Below are positions 12,531 to 23,749 of a DNA stretch of 64,000 nt, piece by piece. Made by a program: the position numbers and the translations under genes. Position 1 is the stretch's first letter. The number at the start of each line of letters is the position of its first letter. The DNA is taken from contig JANJGN010000015.1 in the NCBI GenBank assembly GCA_026770705.1, positions 35,588,001 through 35,652,000 on the forward strand, written 5' to 3'. The notes under the pieces are model-generated. The model was not told where the DNA came from. It ran no database searches and was given only the letters and a program-made list of their open reading frames with translations. The DNA is from Isurus oxyrinchus. Its lineage: Eukaryota.

Positions 12531-13667
12531 AAGACAAACTTTTTTGTCACAAAATTGTTAAGTCACGCAAGTGGCCTCATTTTAAATGGTCCCCATCTTC
12601 ACTTTTTGAATTAATTTATCTTTAATTTTAGAAAACTGAGATTTTGCAGGAAGTGGCCTTGTTCTAATTCATTACATGAAGTGACTGTTCCTCCTTCAAA
12701 CTTTGCCCGATATGGCATATGACACAGTCTACGCTATTCCAAGTTGCATTTGTCTGTGATTTCAGTAAGCGTCTGTGCACCCCTGCTACATCAAAGCCTC
12801 CAACTCACACTAACAAGCTAGCCATTGTCTTTTTTAATTAAAGTTTTACCACGGATCAATTTTATTTATGCAAAAGAGGAGAACACAGCAAGGATTCTTC
12901 CAAGGATCAGAGAAACACAGGAAATGTAAGCAAAAAAATAGGTTCTAAATTGCAGCTTCCATTGTTTGGCAGACAAAACACACAGTGCAATGAAGCTTAA
13001 AATATTAATTGGCCAATTAATTGACTATATGCAATTAGGTCTCACTTCCTGTTAATCTACCAGGATTGAAGTCAGTCATGTCTTTCTACACCAACAATGA
13101 TGACATTTGGATGGAACTTTTGGGCATTGATGCTTTCTCAAGCTAGGAGGGCTTTGGTTGTGACCTATTCATGGCCCTTCATTAAAAGGATCCTGATGTT
13201 AGTGAATTTGTTTCTTGGTAGCTGATTAATTCTCAAGAGAATATGTTTATTTTAAAATTGTTTAGTAAGACTAAGGTATTTTATTCTGCTGATTATAACA
13301 ATAGGTGACCTAACATTATGCAAACCCAACTGTGTTAAAATTCTCACAGAATAACAACATTTTGTCTTATCTAAATTTAGATACAAGTCTTTTCGTTGCA
13401 TTTCAGGAGAATGTATTGGGGCTTAATTGGATGGCCCTAGAAAACAGATGAGGAGATCACAATGCATGATTACCCCACATCCATTCAGTGTCAGGCAGCA
13501 TGGCATCCCTTCCCATTATAATGATTTCTGCATGCAATCGATGCTAACCATGCTGTTCAGTGGGGACTCAAATATTGTTACCACTGCTTAAAGTTATCTC
13601 TTAAAGGAAAAGTGCATTATGACTGACCTTAGGGAATAGTTCTGTGCAACAATCAACAATGGCTGAC

Positions 13668-14700
13668 CATGGGAGAGAGAACACTGCAAGGTTTTGGATG
13701 CTACAGTGGAGGATTTGGTGGAAGATGTAGAAAGGAGTGAGGTCCTTTTTTTGTATGGTAGGGAGGAGGGATTCCAGAGACATACTGAGAGGCAATGAGA
13801 GCAGAAAGTTGCGGAGGTCAATGCACACATTTAGCCTCAAGGACCTGGATGCACTGGCGCAAGAAGTTTAATGACCTCACATGAGTAGTCAAAGTCAGTG
13901 AATGCAACTTTAAATCCTATCAGCAGCTCAGCCATTTCTTGATTTTTCACATCCCCAACATTGACCTACCAACGATCTTTAGCAATCAGGACTCAAACCT
14001 AGCAGTTTTCTTCACCATATCCTCACACACTTAGCACTGCCACAAACCTCACAGATGGCACACACTACCAGCTATTCAATCATGACAGGCATATCACCCA
14101 AACAAATTGCATAACATCCATTAGCGCACTTCCCTCCCTCTTGCAAGAGAAGGTGGCACACAGTCAGAGGTAGCAGGGATGAACCAGATGGGGAGAGATG
14201 CGCCTGCATGTTCTAAGCTCCATGGAGGAGGTGCTCGTCGTTGCTGATGGGGTGGCCATCACTCGATTTCACAATTGCAGCCATAAACTCAGGTACTGAT
14301 ACGAAACATATTGTGGAGGAGAGCAAAGGCATAGGATCTGCCCATGGTAAGATACCGGGCACATGTTGCTGCAGCCAGGGCAGGAGGAATGAAAGCAAAG
14401 GTGCCACCTCAACAGAGGGCAAGGTCACACACATTCTGCTGGAAAGGACTCAGATGAAAACTTTGGTGGGCCAGGTTACTGATGATGGGTGAGCACAATG
14501 AAATGTTTGATGTATGGGAAAGCCTGCCAGAAAGCCTGTGGCAATGCCAAGGAACATGGAGGAGTCCAGCATCAACTTGGCACAGGACTTTGCACAGAAT
14601 TTGAAGCCCACCCTTTCCAGAATGGAACTGGAGGGCAATCCTTTCAACACACTCCTCTTGCAGCATCTGATGGTCCAAGATATTTGGAGTATAATTCATT
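13668..14700 (+). pseudogene. Harbinger Myb/SANT accessory gene remnant
   Basis: DATVEDLVEDVERSEVLF..VAEVNAH..RTWMHWRKKFNDLT*VVK then GTCAGT; exon 2 EKVAHSQR..MRLHVLSSMEE near 14147. Confidence 0.75.
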
Positions 14701-15355
14701 AGTATGGGGCCAGCAAGAACATTGCCACTTGGGGTAAATCCTCCGTCCCGGCCTGCACCTGGAAAGTGTGTTAGTCACACCCGTTTGACACATCAGATGT
14801 CCATTCAGGGTCAAGAGCGGGAACATTAGGCTTATTGAGTTTCTGGACTTGGCCTTCTCAATGCCTGATACGAGTCAAATTAAAAACCAACTGAAATGGC
14901 AGAGACTTGATGTAACCAAGTCATCTCCATTTCCTTGATGGTTCTGACAGTCCCCCTATCAAGTAAGAAAAAGACGCTGGTAAAACCCTCACAGTATCCT
15001 CGATTATTCGAGGGTCACCAAACCAAGGCTTATGACATGATTTTTATACGGGGCTGAGGGCAGAGGCAGGCCCCAAGTCTGAAACAGATTGAACCCCACA
15101 CTGTTGACGTTATCCTGAATTCTGAGTTTGTGTAATATTTCTAAGGCAAAGGTAGATAGACTCTTGAGAAACGAGGGAGGCAAAGATTATCAGGGGTAGG
15201 AGGAATGTGGAGTTGAGGTAGCAATCAGATCAGCCATGATCTTATTGAATGGTGGAGCAGGCTCGAGGAGACGAATGGCTGACTCCTGCTCATAATTCAT
15301 ACTTTTGTATGAACCGCAGGCTAGCTTTCTAGTCGACTGAGCTAATTGCCCCCCT
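14700..15355 (-). mobile_element. tRNA-headed SINE-like element of a further family, split by a CR1 fragment
   Basis: Minus strand gggggcaattagctcagtc (A-box) ... gtggggttcaatc (B-box) separated by the CR1 insert; body boundary uncertain. Confidence 0.5.
15122..15312 (+). mobile_element. CR1 3' end
   Basis: ttctaaggcaaaggtagatagactcttg..agatcagccatgatcttattgaatggtggagcaggctcgagg..ctcctgctc, same tail as 31290-31385. Confidence 0.85.
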
Positions 15356-16714
15356 CATGGAATATCTGGGTCAAAGTATTGACAAAATTGCAATCTGATA
15401 GCAAAAAATTTCTCTTCATATAAATGAGCTTGATTTTTTTGGTTTTATCCTATTGAATAAACAGGAAATCCCCATGATCAAGCATGAGTGTCCATTGTTT
15501 AATAGGCATCATCTTTGGCAAACTCTCCCATTGCTGCTACATTCTTTGCCTTGTCTTAGTAGTACACCCTTACCACACTTAAAAACCGTTAACATGTTTT
15601 AAAGAAAAGGTTCATTTGCTTCTACTTGTATAGATTGAAGGGCATAGTATTTTTGAAGATAGCCTGTTCTCTGTTTGAAAAGAATAGTTTGCATTTTAAA
15701 ATAATGGGGATAACTTGTATAATGTGGTGTCAGTGTGGGGGTCTTTTCCTTTGAGGAGCTATTCAATGAATAGTAAAAAGGGATTGCTAAAACTAATTAG
15801 ACAAGAAGGAGCTGAGTGAGGCATATGCTCTCCCATGAATAATTTCATAAGATTGGGAAACAAATGTGTTTTGGAAAGTTCCCATGATTGTTCCATTCTC
15901 ATAATGAATCCCAAGAGAGTTAGTGGATGCCATAGGGCCAAAATTAATTAAACAAATTAACTAATAGAGGGCATTTCTTCCACACATTTCAATGTTGGCA
16001 TATTGTTATGGGAAAGTAAGTCCCTGAGCCAGCTTTGAACAGTCCACCTGTTGTTGAGGATCTCAGCTGAGGATTTTCAATGTTGCTGCTATTTCAGCTG
16101 GAATTCTCCTTTAATTAAGCTGATTTGTAGATATGTCTAACTGTGGGAAATTAGGTCTGGGGATTTCTGGATCTACCGCCAAAGCCAGGTCATCGTCAAG
16201 TTCTAGTAATAAAAAAATGAAAACTGTTTTAAGAATGAGGAAAAAGAAGTTATAACATTTTATTTTTTGAAACAATGGGGATTGAGTTCTGCCAAAAACG
16301 TCCAGCAGTTCCCCTCAGCCCCTCTAATACCAGTATCTCTTTTGTTTATTGTAAGCCCTGTGGGAACTGAAAATGTTGATGTTGCTAATCAGAAATTACT
16401 GTGAATTTTACTAGTTTGGCATAGGGCAGTTAATTGGCATACTGCTCCTTGGATCACTCGCTTTTCAAGGAATCACTGCTAAGACACTGACTTATTCTCC
16501 AGAAACGTTACAAATGTCAGATGGATTCTTCCTTTAAAGAGACCATCTGCCAAAAATGAGTACAGGAAGAATATTGAACAAATATTGCCAGAAGAGCCAA
16601 TAATGCTTCTATAACTCTTACACTGTATCAAGAGACTGTGGCTAATTGCTGTGGATTTTGAGAAGCATACTCTACTCTGACTGATATCAGAAAGCCATTT
16701 CAGAAGTAACTGGC

Positions 16715-17347
16715 GTTAAATCTCAATTTTAAAATTCTTATCATTGTTTTCAATTCCCTCAATGGCCACAATACTTTCCTACTTCTGTATCCCCCTCTAG
16801 CCTATAACCCTCCACAATACCTGTGCTCCTCCAATTCTAGCCTCTTTAGTATTCCTGATCTTAATTTCTCCACCATTGGCTGCTATGTCTTCAACTAACG
16901 AGGCCCTAAGTATTAATCTCTAGCAAACATTAACAATGTAATTGACAAATGTCCTGTCAATTACATTCTTACAAGTTAAGCGAAACATGTGATGGGTATT
17001 AATTGCCTTTGAGCACATATAAACAGGGGATAGCTGGGATACTGGGCGTGTGGGATGAGAGCTGTAAGACTGAATAAGAAAATAAACTCTCTCAATAAAG
17101 AAAGCTCTGTGTCTTGGTTTTGGTTTCAGCAACCAGGTTGGGTCCTGTTAACAGTAAGCTTTGGAATTCCTTCCCTAACGGCCTCTGCCTCTTTCCTTAA
17201 AATCTACCCCTTTGACTAAGCTTTTTGTTATCTGACCCAATATCTTCTTCTCTGGCTCAGCGTTAAATTGCATTTGATATCACTCCTGTGAAGTGCCCTG
17301 AAATGTTTCAATCAATTAAAGATGCTATATAAATGAAAGTTGTTGTT
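16715..17347 (+). mobile_element. L2 LINE 3' fragment interrupted by a solo LTR
   Basis: aattttaaaattcttatcattgttttcaattccctcaatggc (FKILIIVFNSLNG); ggccctaag..ctttggaattccttccct (GPKLWNSFP); tail aaagatgctatataaatgaaagttgttgtt. Confidence 0.75.
16911..17153 (+). mobile_element. Solo LTR (243 bp)
   Basis: tatta..taaca termini (TG decayed to TA), 5-bp flanks ctaag/gtaag, TATA-like atataaa and AATAAA inside; splits the L2 cleanly. Confidence 0.65.
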
Positions 17348-17964
17348 CTTGTCCTTGTTATAACTTGTCCTCTTTCACACTTGTTCACATTCAGGCATGG
17401 ACACAAGTACATAAATATCATACACAGTATATTTGAAGAGATATCTTGGAGTTAGTATTTCCTTTTCTGTCATTGTAGGCCTGGAGAGCAACTTGCCTGT
17501 GGTGGCAGTAGTTCAGAACAAGACAGTGCCCTGCATTCCTTTCACAACTAGCAAATCAGAGAACATGGTGAGTAGCACCAGCTGAGTCATAATACACAGG
17601 TAAGGAGGATAAAGTAGTGAGGCTGGAGGAGGAACAAGAATCTGCTGTTCAGGGGGGTCACATGCCTTCCAACAGTGCCCTCCTGTGCTTTAGGATGGGC
17701 AGCAGTGCTGTGAAACTGGGCATTAGTTTCATGCCTCAGTTGTTATTCAGTGAGAAAATGGATGAAAATGCTTACCCTGCAGATCTATGTGCGTCTGCCA
17801 TGTGGGCAGCATGTGAGCTATTCTCTAGATGAGACAAGTTGAGGCCTTGGTACCAGGGTTAGTATATAAGTTGGCTGCAAGTCTCCTTGTAGCTGTCCAT
17901 ATCACTCTACAATGACTCAAAGCTTGAAGAGATAGTTGGCCTCAATCATTATCTGGTAAGAAAG

Positions 17965-18380
17965 AAGTTACATTTACATAGCACCTTATAATGTCCTCAG
18001 GGCAACACAAAGCACTTGGCAACAAGCTAATAACTTATGAAGTGGAGTTACTGTTCAAATATGGATAAATGTGGGAGACAAATGTGCACAACAAACAGAA
18101 AACGAATGACCTATGTCTGTTTTGGTGATGTTGGTTGAAGAGGGAATGCTGGTAAGGACACTGAGAGAACTCTCTTTATCTTTGAATGTGCCATGGGATT
18201 AAATATATCCACCAAAATAGATATGGAACTTTATTTTAATGCCACATCTGAAAGTTAACACCTGATTTAGCACTGTCTCAGCATTACATTGGGGTTTCAA
18301 CGAATATGTGTTGAAATCCAAGGGTGAGGCTGGAATTCACGACCCATCTGCTCAGAGGCAAGTAAGCCAAGCTGAGAGGT
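17965..18380 (-). mobile_element. Deu-domain SINE remnant
   Basis: Starts ttacatttacatagcacctt (tail on minus strand), tttggtgatgttggttgaag..gtgccatgggat; colinear with reverse complement of 18955-19425. Confidence 0.65.
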
Positions 18381-18954
18381 AGTTGCACCAAGGCCTGATG
18401 ATAGGGAATATTGGGAGGTGTTGGCAGCCCATGACTGGTGCTAACTGATCTACCTGGCATCTCTTTCCCATTGTGCTACCTCAGTGATGGAATACCTGGA
18501 GCACTTTTAAAAGCAACCTCCCTCACTGGTTATCTCTTAGCTAAACCAACATAGCTTGCCATTGGATGCCTTTTTATGTTTGAGAGATGACAGAGGGTTC
18601 ATTGGCACACTCAACTACATTTCCCTTGCCATAGATCACAGTGAAGGAAATGAGGAGTAGCTTTGAGAAAGTCTGAATAGTTTCAGCACTAAAATGTAAA
18701 AGAAAATCACTAAATAAACAGTTGAGTTGTAAAGTTAGTGAATTGTTCTTTTGGTTAAGGCAAATTCTGTTCATGAGAGAGGAGCTAGCATTGCTGAATG
18801 GACATACCATGCAGCACTCATTTTAAATGAATGTTGAGTATCGACACCAAAGTATAGGAAAACATTAAGGAACTATGAGGCAATTTGCATAATTTCCAGG
18901 ACCATAATGAATCTTGCCTGGTAATGTTAGCCTTCAGCACTAGAGCCACTGTCT

Positions 18955-19425
18955 GCCAGCCATGGTTCAATGCTAGCACTCTCACCTCAGAATCAGAAGG
19001 TTTTGGAGGTTAATAACCCCATTCCAGAGACTTGAGCACAAAGTCTAGGTTGGTACCCAATGCAGTAAAGAGGTATCATCATTTGGGTGAAATGTTAAAC
19101 CGAGGTCCCATCTGTCATCTCAGGGAGACGTAAAAGATCCCATAGCACTTTCAAAGAAGAGCAGGGGATTTCTCCACAGCATCCCAGCTAATATTTATCC
19201 CTCATCCAATATTATTAACGCAGATTATCTGGTCATTATTATAGTACTGTTTTTGTAGATCTTGCTGTTTGCAAAATACCATGTACCATTTTTATTACAT
19301 TACCACAGTGACTCCACATCAAAGGTACTTAATTATTTATTAAACATTTGGGACATCCTGAGGTGGTGGTAATTATTTATTAAACATTTGGGACACCTTA
19401 AGAGGTGCTATGAAATTAAAAGCAC
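18955..19425 (+). mobile_element. Deu-domain SINE (SacSINE1-like), near full-length
   Basis: tRNA-like head, then gttaaaccgaggtcccatctg..gacgtaaaagatcccatagcac..gaagagcagggg..atatttatccctc..cagattatctggtcatt core; L2-like tail with a 26-bp local duplication. Confidence 0.8.
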
Positions 19426-20354
19426 TTTGTTTCTTTCCCACTTCCACAACAGATTATGATCTACTGTACGCAATGGCCACACAGTGAGTCTCAATGCCCA
19501 TTAACACAAGGCATCAGGGCCAGGGGCACACAGGGTAACAGTCAGCTGGAATCTCTGGCACATTTATATGCAGCTGTGTGCTGCTATCACTTTCTTTACA
19601 AAAAAAAGACTGAGGCTCTCATATTCCACAGTGATTTTATCAGGTTCCCACTGTAGCTCCAGCTGAAAACAGCTGTTAATGTCATTTCCCCGAGGATTGC
19701 ACCATCGCTGGGTGGAATTACAGTGAGAGACTGCTTAGAACTCCCTATGGAATTTCAAGGGACTGAATGACTGATTTTTAAACAATATTACATATATATG
19801 TGTACATTACAAAATCTAAGACTGTGGGAGTATCAATAAGCTATAAATTAGGCTTTATAATAAGCTCACATTGTTGCAAGAAGTGGAAAGAGGCTGTGTG
19901 CAGACTGACGAGACATGTTTATTGCCTGTCAGCAGAAAAATGTTTTATCCTGGAAATAGCAACGTCTTAAAGCAATCATTTAAACTCACACATTACACAG
20001 CAGAACTTTTTCCAGCATTCTTTCTTAAATGGATCACATTTTCAAATAAAATACGGCAGCAGATTATTTACGAAAATTCAAATATTTATACTGGCTGGAT
20101 CCTGACTTGGTTTGGGATCACTCAAATCTTTGTAGTAATACACAATAGCCTTAGACTTACACCATGCTGTCTACACCACTCTCCCTAAGCTTAGGCGAGG
20201 GGTAATATCACGCATGCATATTCATTTCATACACTGAAGGCACGTATCAGGAATTCAGATGTGCAAATAAATGGGACTTTCATCAATTCATTTTAACAGA
20301 CAGGATACACTTTGAGGCCTGTTGACCTCCTTGGCCAAACTCCTGACACCCACT

Positions 20355-20750
20355 TTTCTTTTCTGAAAATATACTTTTTAAAAAAATATCTAAAAGAACA
20401 TTCCAAAACATTTCAAAATGATCATTATGAAAAATCCAATAATATTCAACTTTTCTCCATAGAGCATTTTGCATTCTGAGATTCCCCAGTATAATTGCAG
20501 TATAAACCCTGAGCCCTACTTTTATTTTTTTGCAAAATTATACTTTATTCATGAAATATTTGAAAGAACATTACAAAACTTTTCAAAATGACCATCACAG
20601 AAATTGCAATAATATTCAAGTTTTCTACCACGATCATGTTGCTGCCCACTGAGGTGCTTCAATACCATAAAAGGAACATTGCCCACATTTCAAAATGGTC
20701 ATTACAGAAAGTGCAATGATTTTCAAGTTTTCTACCGAGATCTTGTTGTA
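20355..20750 (-). repeat. Three diverged direct repeat units, probably L1/Tx1-type 3' UTR ends
   Basis: Unit aagaacatt..aaaac.tttcaaaatg..catt..agaaa.tgcaat.at.ttcaagttttct occurs three times; minus strand ends aataaagtataattttgcaaaaaaa. Confidence 0.55.
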
Positions 20751-21100
20751 CCTTGAGCCCAAGACAGATTCAGGTCGGACCTAAGTTAGGGAACTGTCGA
20801 TTTTGCCTTTCATTGATTTCAGTACGAAAATCCCTGACCCTTTAGGTCAGTGTGCTTCAAATTCCACATTGAGCCATTGAGGGCGGTGATGGTGAGAAAA
20901 GAGGTTACAGGTTAGATTTTAAGATTGAATTCATCCAACAGTGTGCACATAGAACGTTGTGTTTTGAAGCTTTGAAGCTTACATGTACAGGTTTGATGTC
21001 GGTATAATTGTTAAATGAATTTAAAGGAGAATCTAACCAGCCCTACTCATTTACAACCTAATGATGGTAGAATAAATATATTTCTCAACACTGATACCTT

Positions 21101-21227
21101 GGCCGGAATTTGCCAGCCCCTCATGCCAATGGGATCTTCTGGTCCTGCCCATGTGAATGGAGATTTCAATGGCTCGCCAGCCCCAACACAGGGGAACCCA
21201 CCATGAGGGACATGGAAGATTCCAACC
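21101..21227. mobile_element. Short Harbinger-type MITE
   Basis: TIR-like ends ggccggaattt / agattccaacc around a 127-bp GC-rich island. Confidence 0.5.
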
Positions 21228-21734
21228 ATTCTGTTGTAGTGATTGATTTGAGGGACATGGTCTTTACCTGAAACCTTTCATTTGTTTGTTAGACAAGAGG
21301 ACTAGGCAATGCAAAACACTTTTGTGTTGCTAACATAATTACATTGGTTTCCTTGCATACAGCACCATTATGATGGTAAATAAAACATAGTTGGTTGTCT
21401 GTGCTGCCATCACACCCATCAATTCAGTATTGTCTCTGTTATTCTGTGCATTGGGTTGGGTTAAGTGGCAAATGAGAAAAGAAGGGTTGAGGCAATGAAT
21501 GAATATTCAGACTTTGAAGTTAGCATTAAAGCATTAGGGTGGGGCTAGTAGATGGTCTGTGAGATGATGCTCTGTCTGTCAACAAAGGTTAACCCAACAC
21601 CATGAAAATGCAAACAAAACTCTTGGATTAACTTCCAGAAGAACATTCAGCAGAGAAGTAATGTTAAACTTATACAGTGCTGTGGTTAGACCACACAGGG
21701 TATCATGCACAATTCCAGCCTCCATATGAAGGCA

Positions 21735-21961
21735 TAAAAACAAAAAAACTGTGGATGCTGGAAATCCAAAACAAAAACAGAATTACCTGGAAAAACTCAG
21801 CAGGTCTGGCAGCATTGGCGGAGAAGAAAAGAGTTGACGTTTCGAGTCCTCATGACCCTTCGACAGACCTAGGGTCATGAGGACTCGAAACGTCAACTCT
21901 TTTCTTCTCCGCTGATGCTGCCAGACCTGCTGAGTTTTTCCAGGTAATTCTGTTTTTGTTT
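21735..21961. mobile_element. Palindromic miniature Penelope insertion (two head-to-head pLTR ends)
   Basis: Arms 21768-21859 and 21871-21962 are reverse complements with 2 mismatches; 14-bp TSD tccatatgaaggca at 21721-21734 and 21962-21975. Confidence 0.93.
21832..21870 (-). ncRNA. Minimal hammerhead ribozyme motif
   Basis: Minus strand aggt CTGTCGA a gggtc atgag gactc GAAA c GTC aact; stem I has one mismatch. Confidence 0.65.
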
Positions 21962-22144
21962 TCCATATGAAGGCACTAGGGAATAAAGATTTACAAGGAT
22001 AATATAAGAACTGAGAGGTTACAACTATCTAGAAAGACTGCACAGACTTGGCTCTTTTCTCTAGAAGAAAGAAGACTGTGGGGTGACCTGACAGAGATCT
22101 TTACAATCATGAAGGGGTTTGATAGGGTAGACAACAGAAGAAAT

Positions 22145-22315
22145 TTTGCATTTAATGTGATAAAACATCCCAAGGCCATTCACAGGAGCAATTATCAAAC
22201 AAAATTTGACCGAACCACTTAATGGAGATAAATGGAGAGGCAAACAAAAACTCAAAGTAGTAGGGTTAAGGTGATTCTTAAAGAAGGGGAGAGGGATGGA
22301 GAGGCAGAGAGATGT
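22145..22315 (-). mobile_element. L2 LINE 3' end
   Basis: ttgcatttaatgtgataaaacatcccaaggccattcacaggagc..aaatttgac is the reverse complement of the tail at 17260-17345. Confidence 0.65.
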
Positions 22316-22363
22316 GGCCATATGCCCTCACTTAACTTTACTCTTCCTGGAACCTGTCAGTGA

Positions 22364-23345
22364 TTAACGTATTATGGGAATGCCTCCCACGTCTTCCTTC
22401 CTCCATGACGTGATCATGCTCATACTGACCTCAGCAGCCTCCTGAGGCTCCTCAGCCTCCAGATCTTCATCCTCCAATGAGCTGTCATCCTCCTCCAGTT
22501 CATCCTCAGGGAGGGGGTCACCTCTTTGCGTAGCCAGATTGTGAAGGGCACAACACACTGCGATGATGCGGGAAACCCTGTCAGGAGTGTATTGTAGTGA
22601 GTTACCTGCACGGCCCAAGCATTTGAAATGCATCTTCAGAAGTCCTTTGGTCTGCTTTATAAAGGGAGTGTGTGAAGCTGTGAGCAGTGTTGTACCTCTC
22701 CTTGGAACGACTCTGAGGGTGATGCACTGGTGTCATCAGCCAGCGTTTCACTGAGTGCCCCTTACCCCCAAACAGCCATCCCTGCAGACATAATGGCCCC
22801 TCAAAGATCTCAGGCTCTTGGGAGTGACTCAGGATGTAGGAGTCATGGTAACTCCCAGGGTACCATGCACATATGTGCAGTATGTGCTTCCAGTGATCAT
22901 ACACCAGTTGTACATTAAGGGAATAATAGCCCTTGCGGTTTATCAACATTAGGGCCTGCTGCCATGGAGGCCCTATAGCCACATGGGTGCAGTCTATTGC
23001 ACCCAGCACTCCAGGGAAGCCTGAGGTGGCGGCGAAGCCAGTGAATCTTGCTGTCTATCTTTGTCCATAGCAAACCTGACATAACGATGTGGGCCTTCCT
23101 GTAAAGGATATTTGTGACCTCCTTTATGCATCAATGTGTTATGGGCTGAAAGATGCCGCTCAGGTCCCCTGTTGATCCTTGGAAAGAACCAGAGGTCAAG
23201 AAATTGAGTTCTGTGGTCACCTTCAAAGCCACTGGCAAGGGATACCCTCCATTTGGAAACTGTAAGGATCCATAGTTTTTCCTGCCCTAAGATGTGAACA
23301 TGCCTAGGGATCTCCTCCTCCCATGCGTGTCTTGTCATCTGCCAT
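22364..23345 (-). pseudogene. Harbinger DDE transposase remnant
   Basis: LGAIDCTHVAI..INRKGYYSLNVQLVYDH..YPGSYHDSYIL..GWLFGGKG..WLMTP; FKCLGRAGNSLQYTPDRVSRIIAVCCALHNLA; acidic tail; frameshifted. Confidence 0.93.
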
Positions 23346-23749
23346 TACCACTGAAGAGACAACCCATGCCCCTAGATTATCAGTGCTGACGAGCTGCCCT
23401 CACTCAATGGTATTCCATGAGGAAGGAGGGTTCAAAACTCTTACATCACACACTTCAAAAGAAGATTTAAATACGTCTCCCTGGCATCACACAAGGGTGC
23501 GGAGACTAGTTTAACTGAAGTTGACATCACAGGAATATGAATCTCACAGTGGGACATTCACATTGAGTGGGAAAAAGGCTAAACATCGAAATAGGATGAT
23601 TCCAATGTAACAAATTCGCAACGCCTTCAGTTGTCCAGTTCACATAACCATCAAATGTACTCCCCAAAATTCAATTTCTTTAGTTATAGCACACCAGTGA
23701 CCCAAAAGTGACATCAATGTATCTTAACTTTCCTAACTCTAGTGCTACG

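Larger units (their letters stand above)
21600..22140 (+). mobile_element. Old CR1 ORF2 3' fragment (host of the Penelope palindrome)
   Basis: SREVMLNLYSAVVRPH..; YLERLHRLGSFL..RRLWGDLTEIFTIMKGFDRVD. Confidence 0.8.

Noticed and set aside
16935-16967. 13-bp inverted repeat aatgtaattgaca/tgtcaattacatt as terminator or ncRNA
   Set aside because: Lies within a solo LTR and is short and AT-rich; intrinsic terminators are not relevant in this genome.
20355-20750. CRISPR-like or regularly spaced array
   Set aside because: Units are long and diverged, have no unique spacers, and sit in eukaryotic context with no cas genes.
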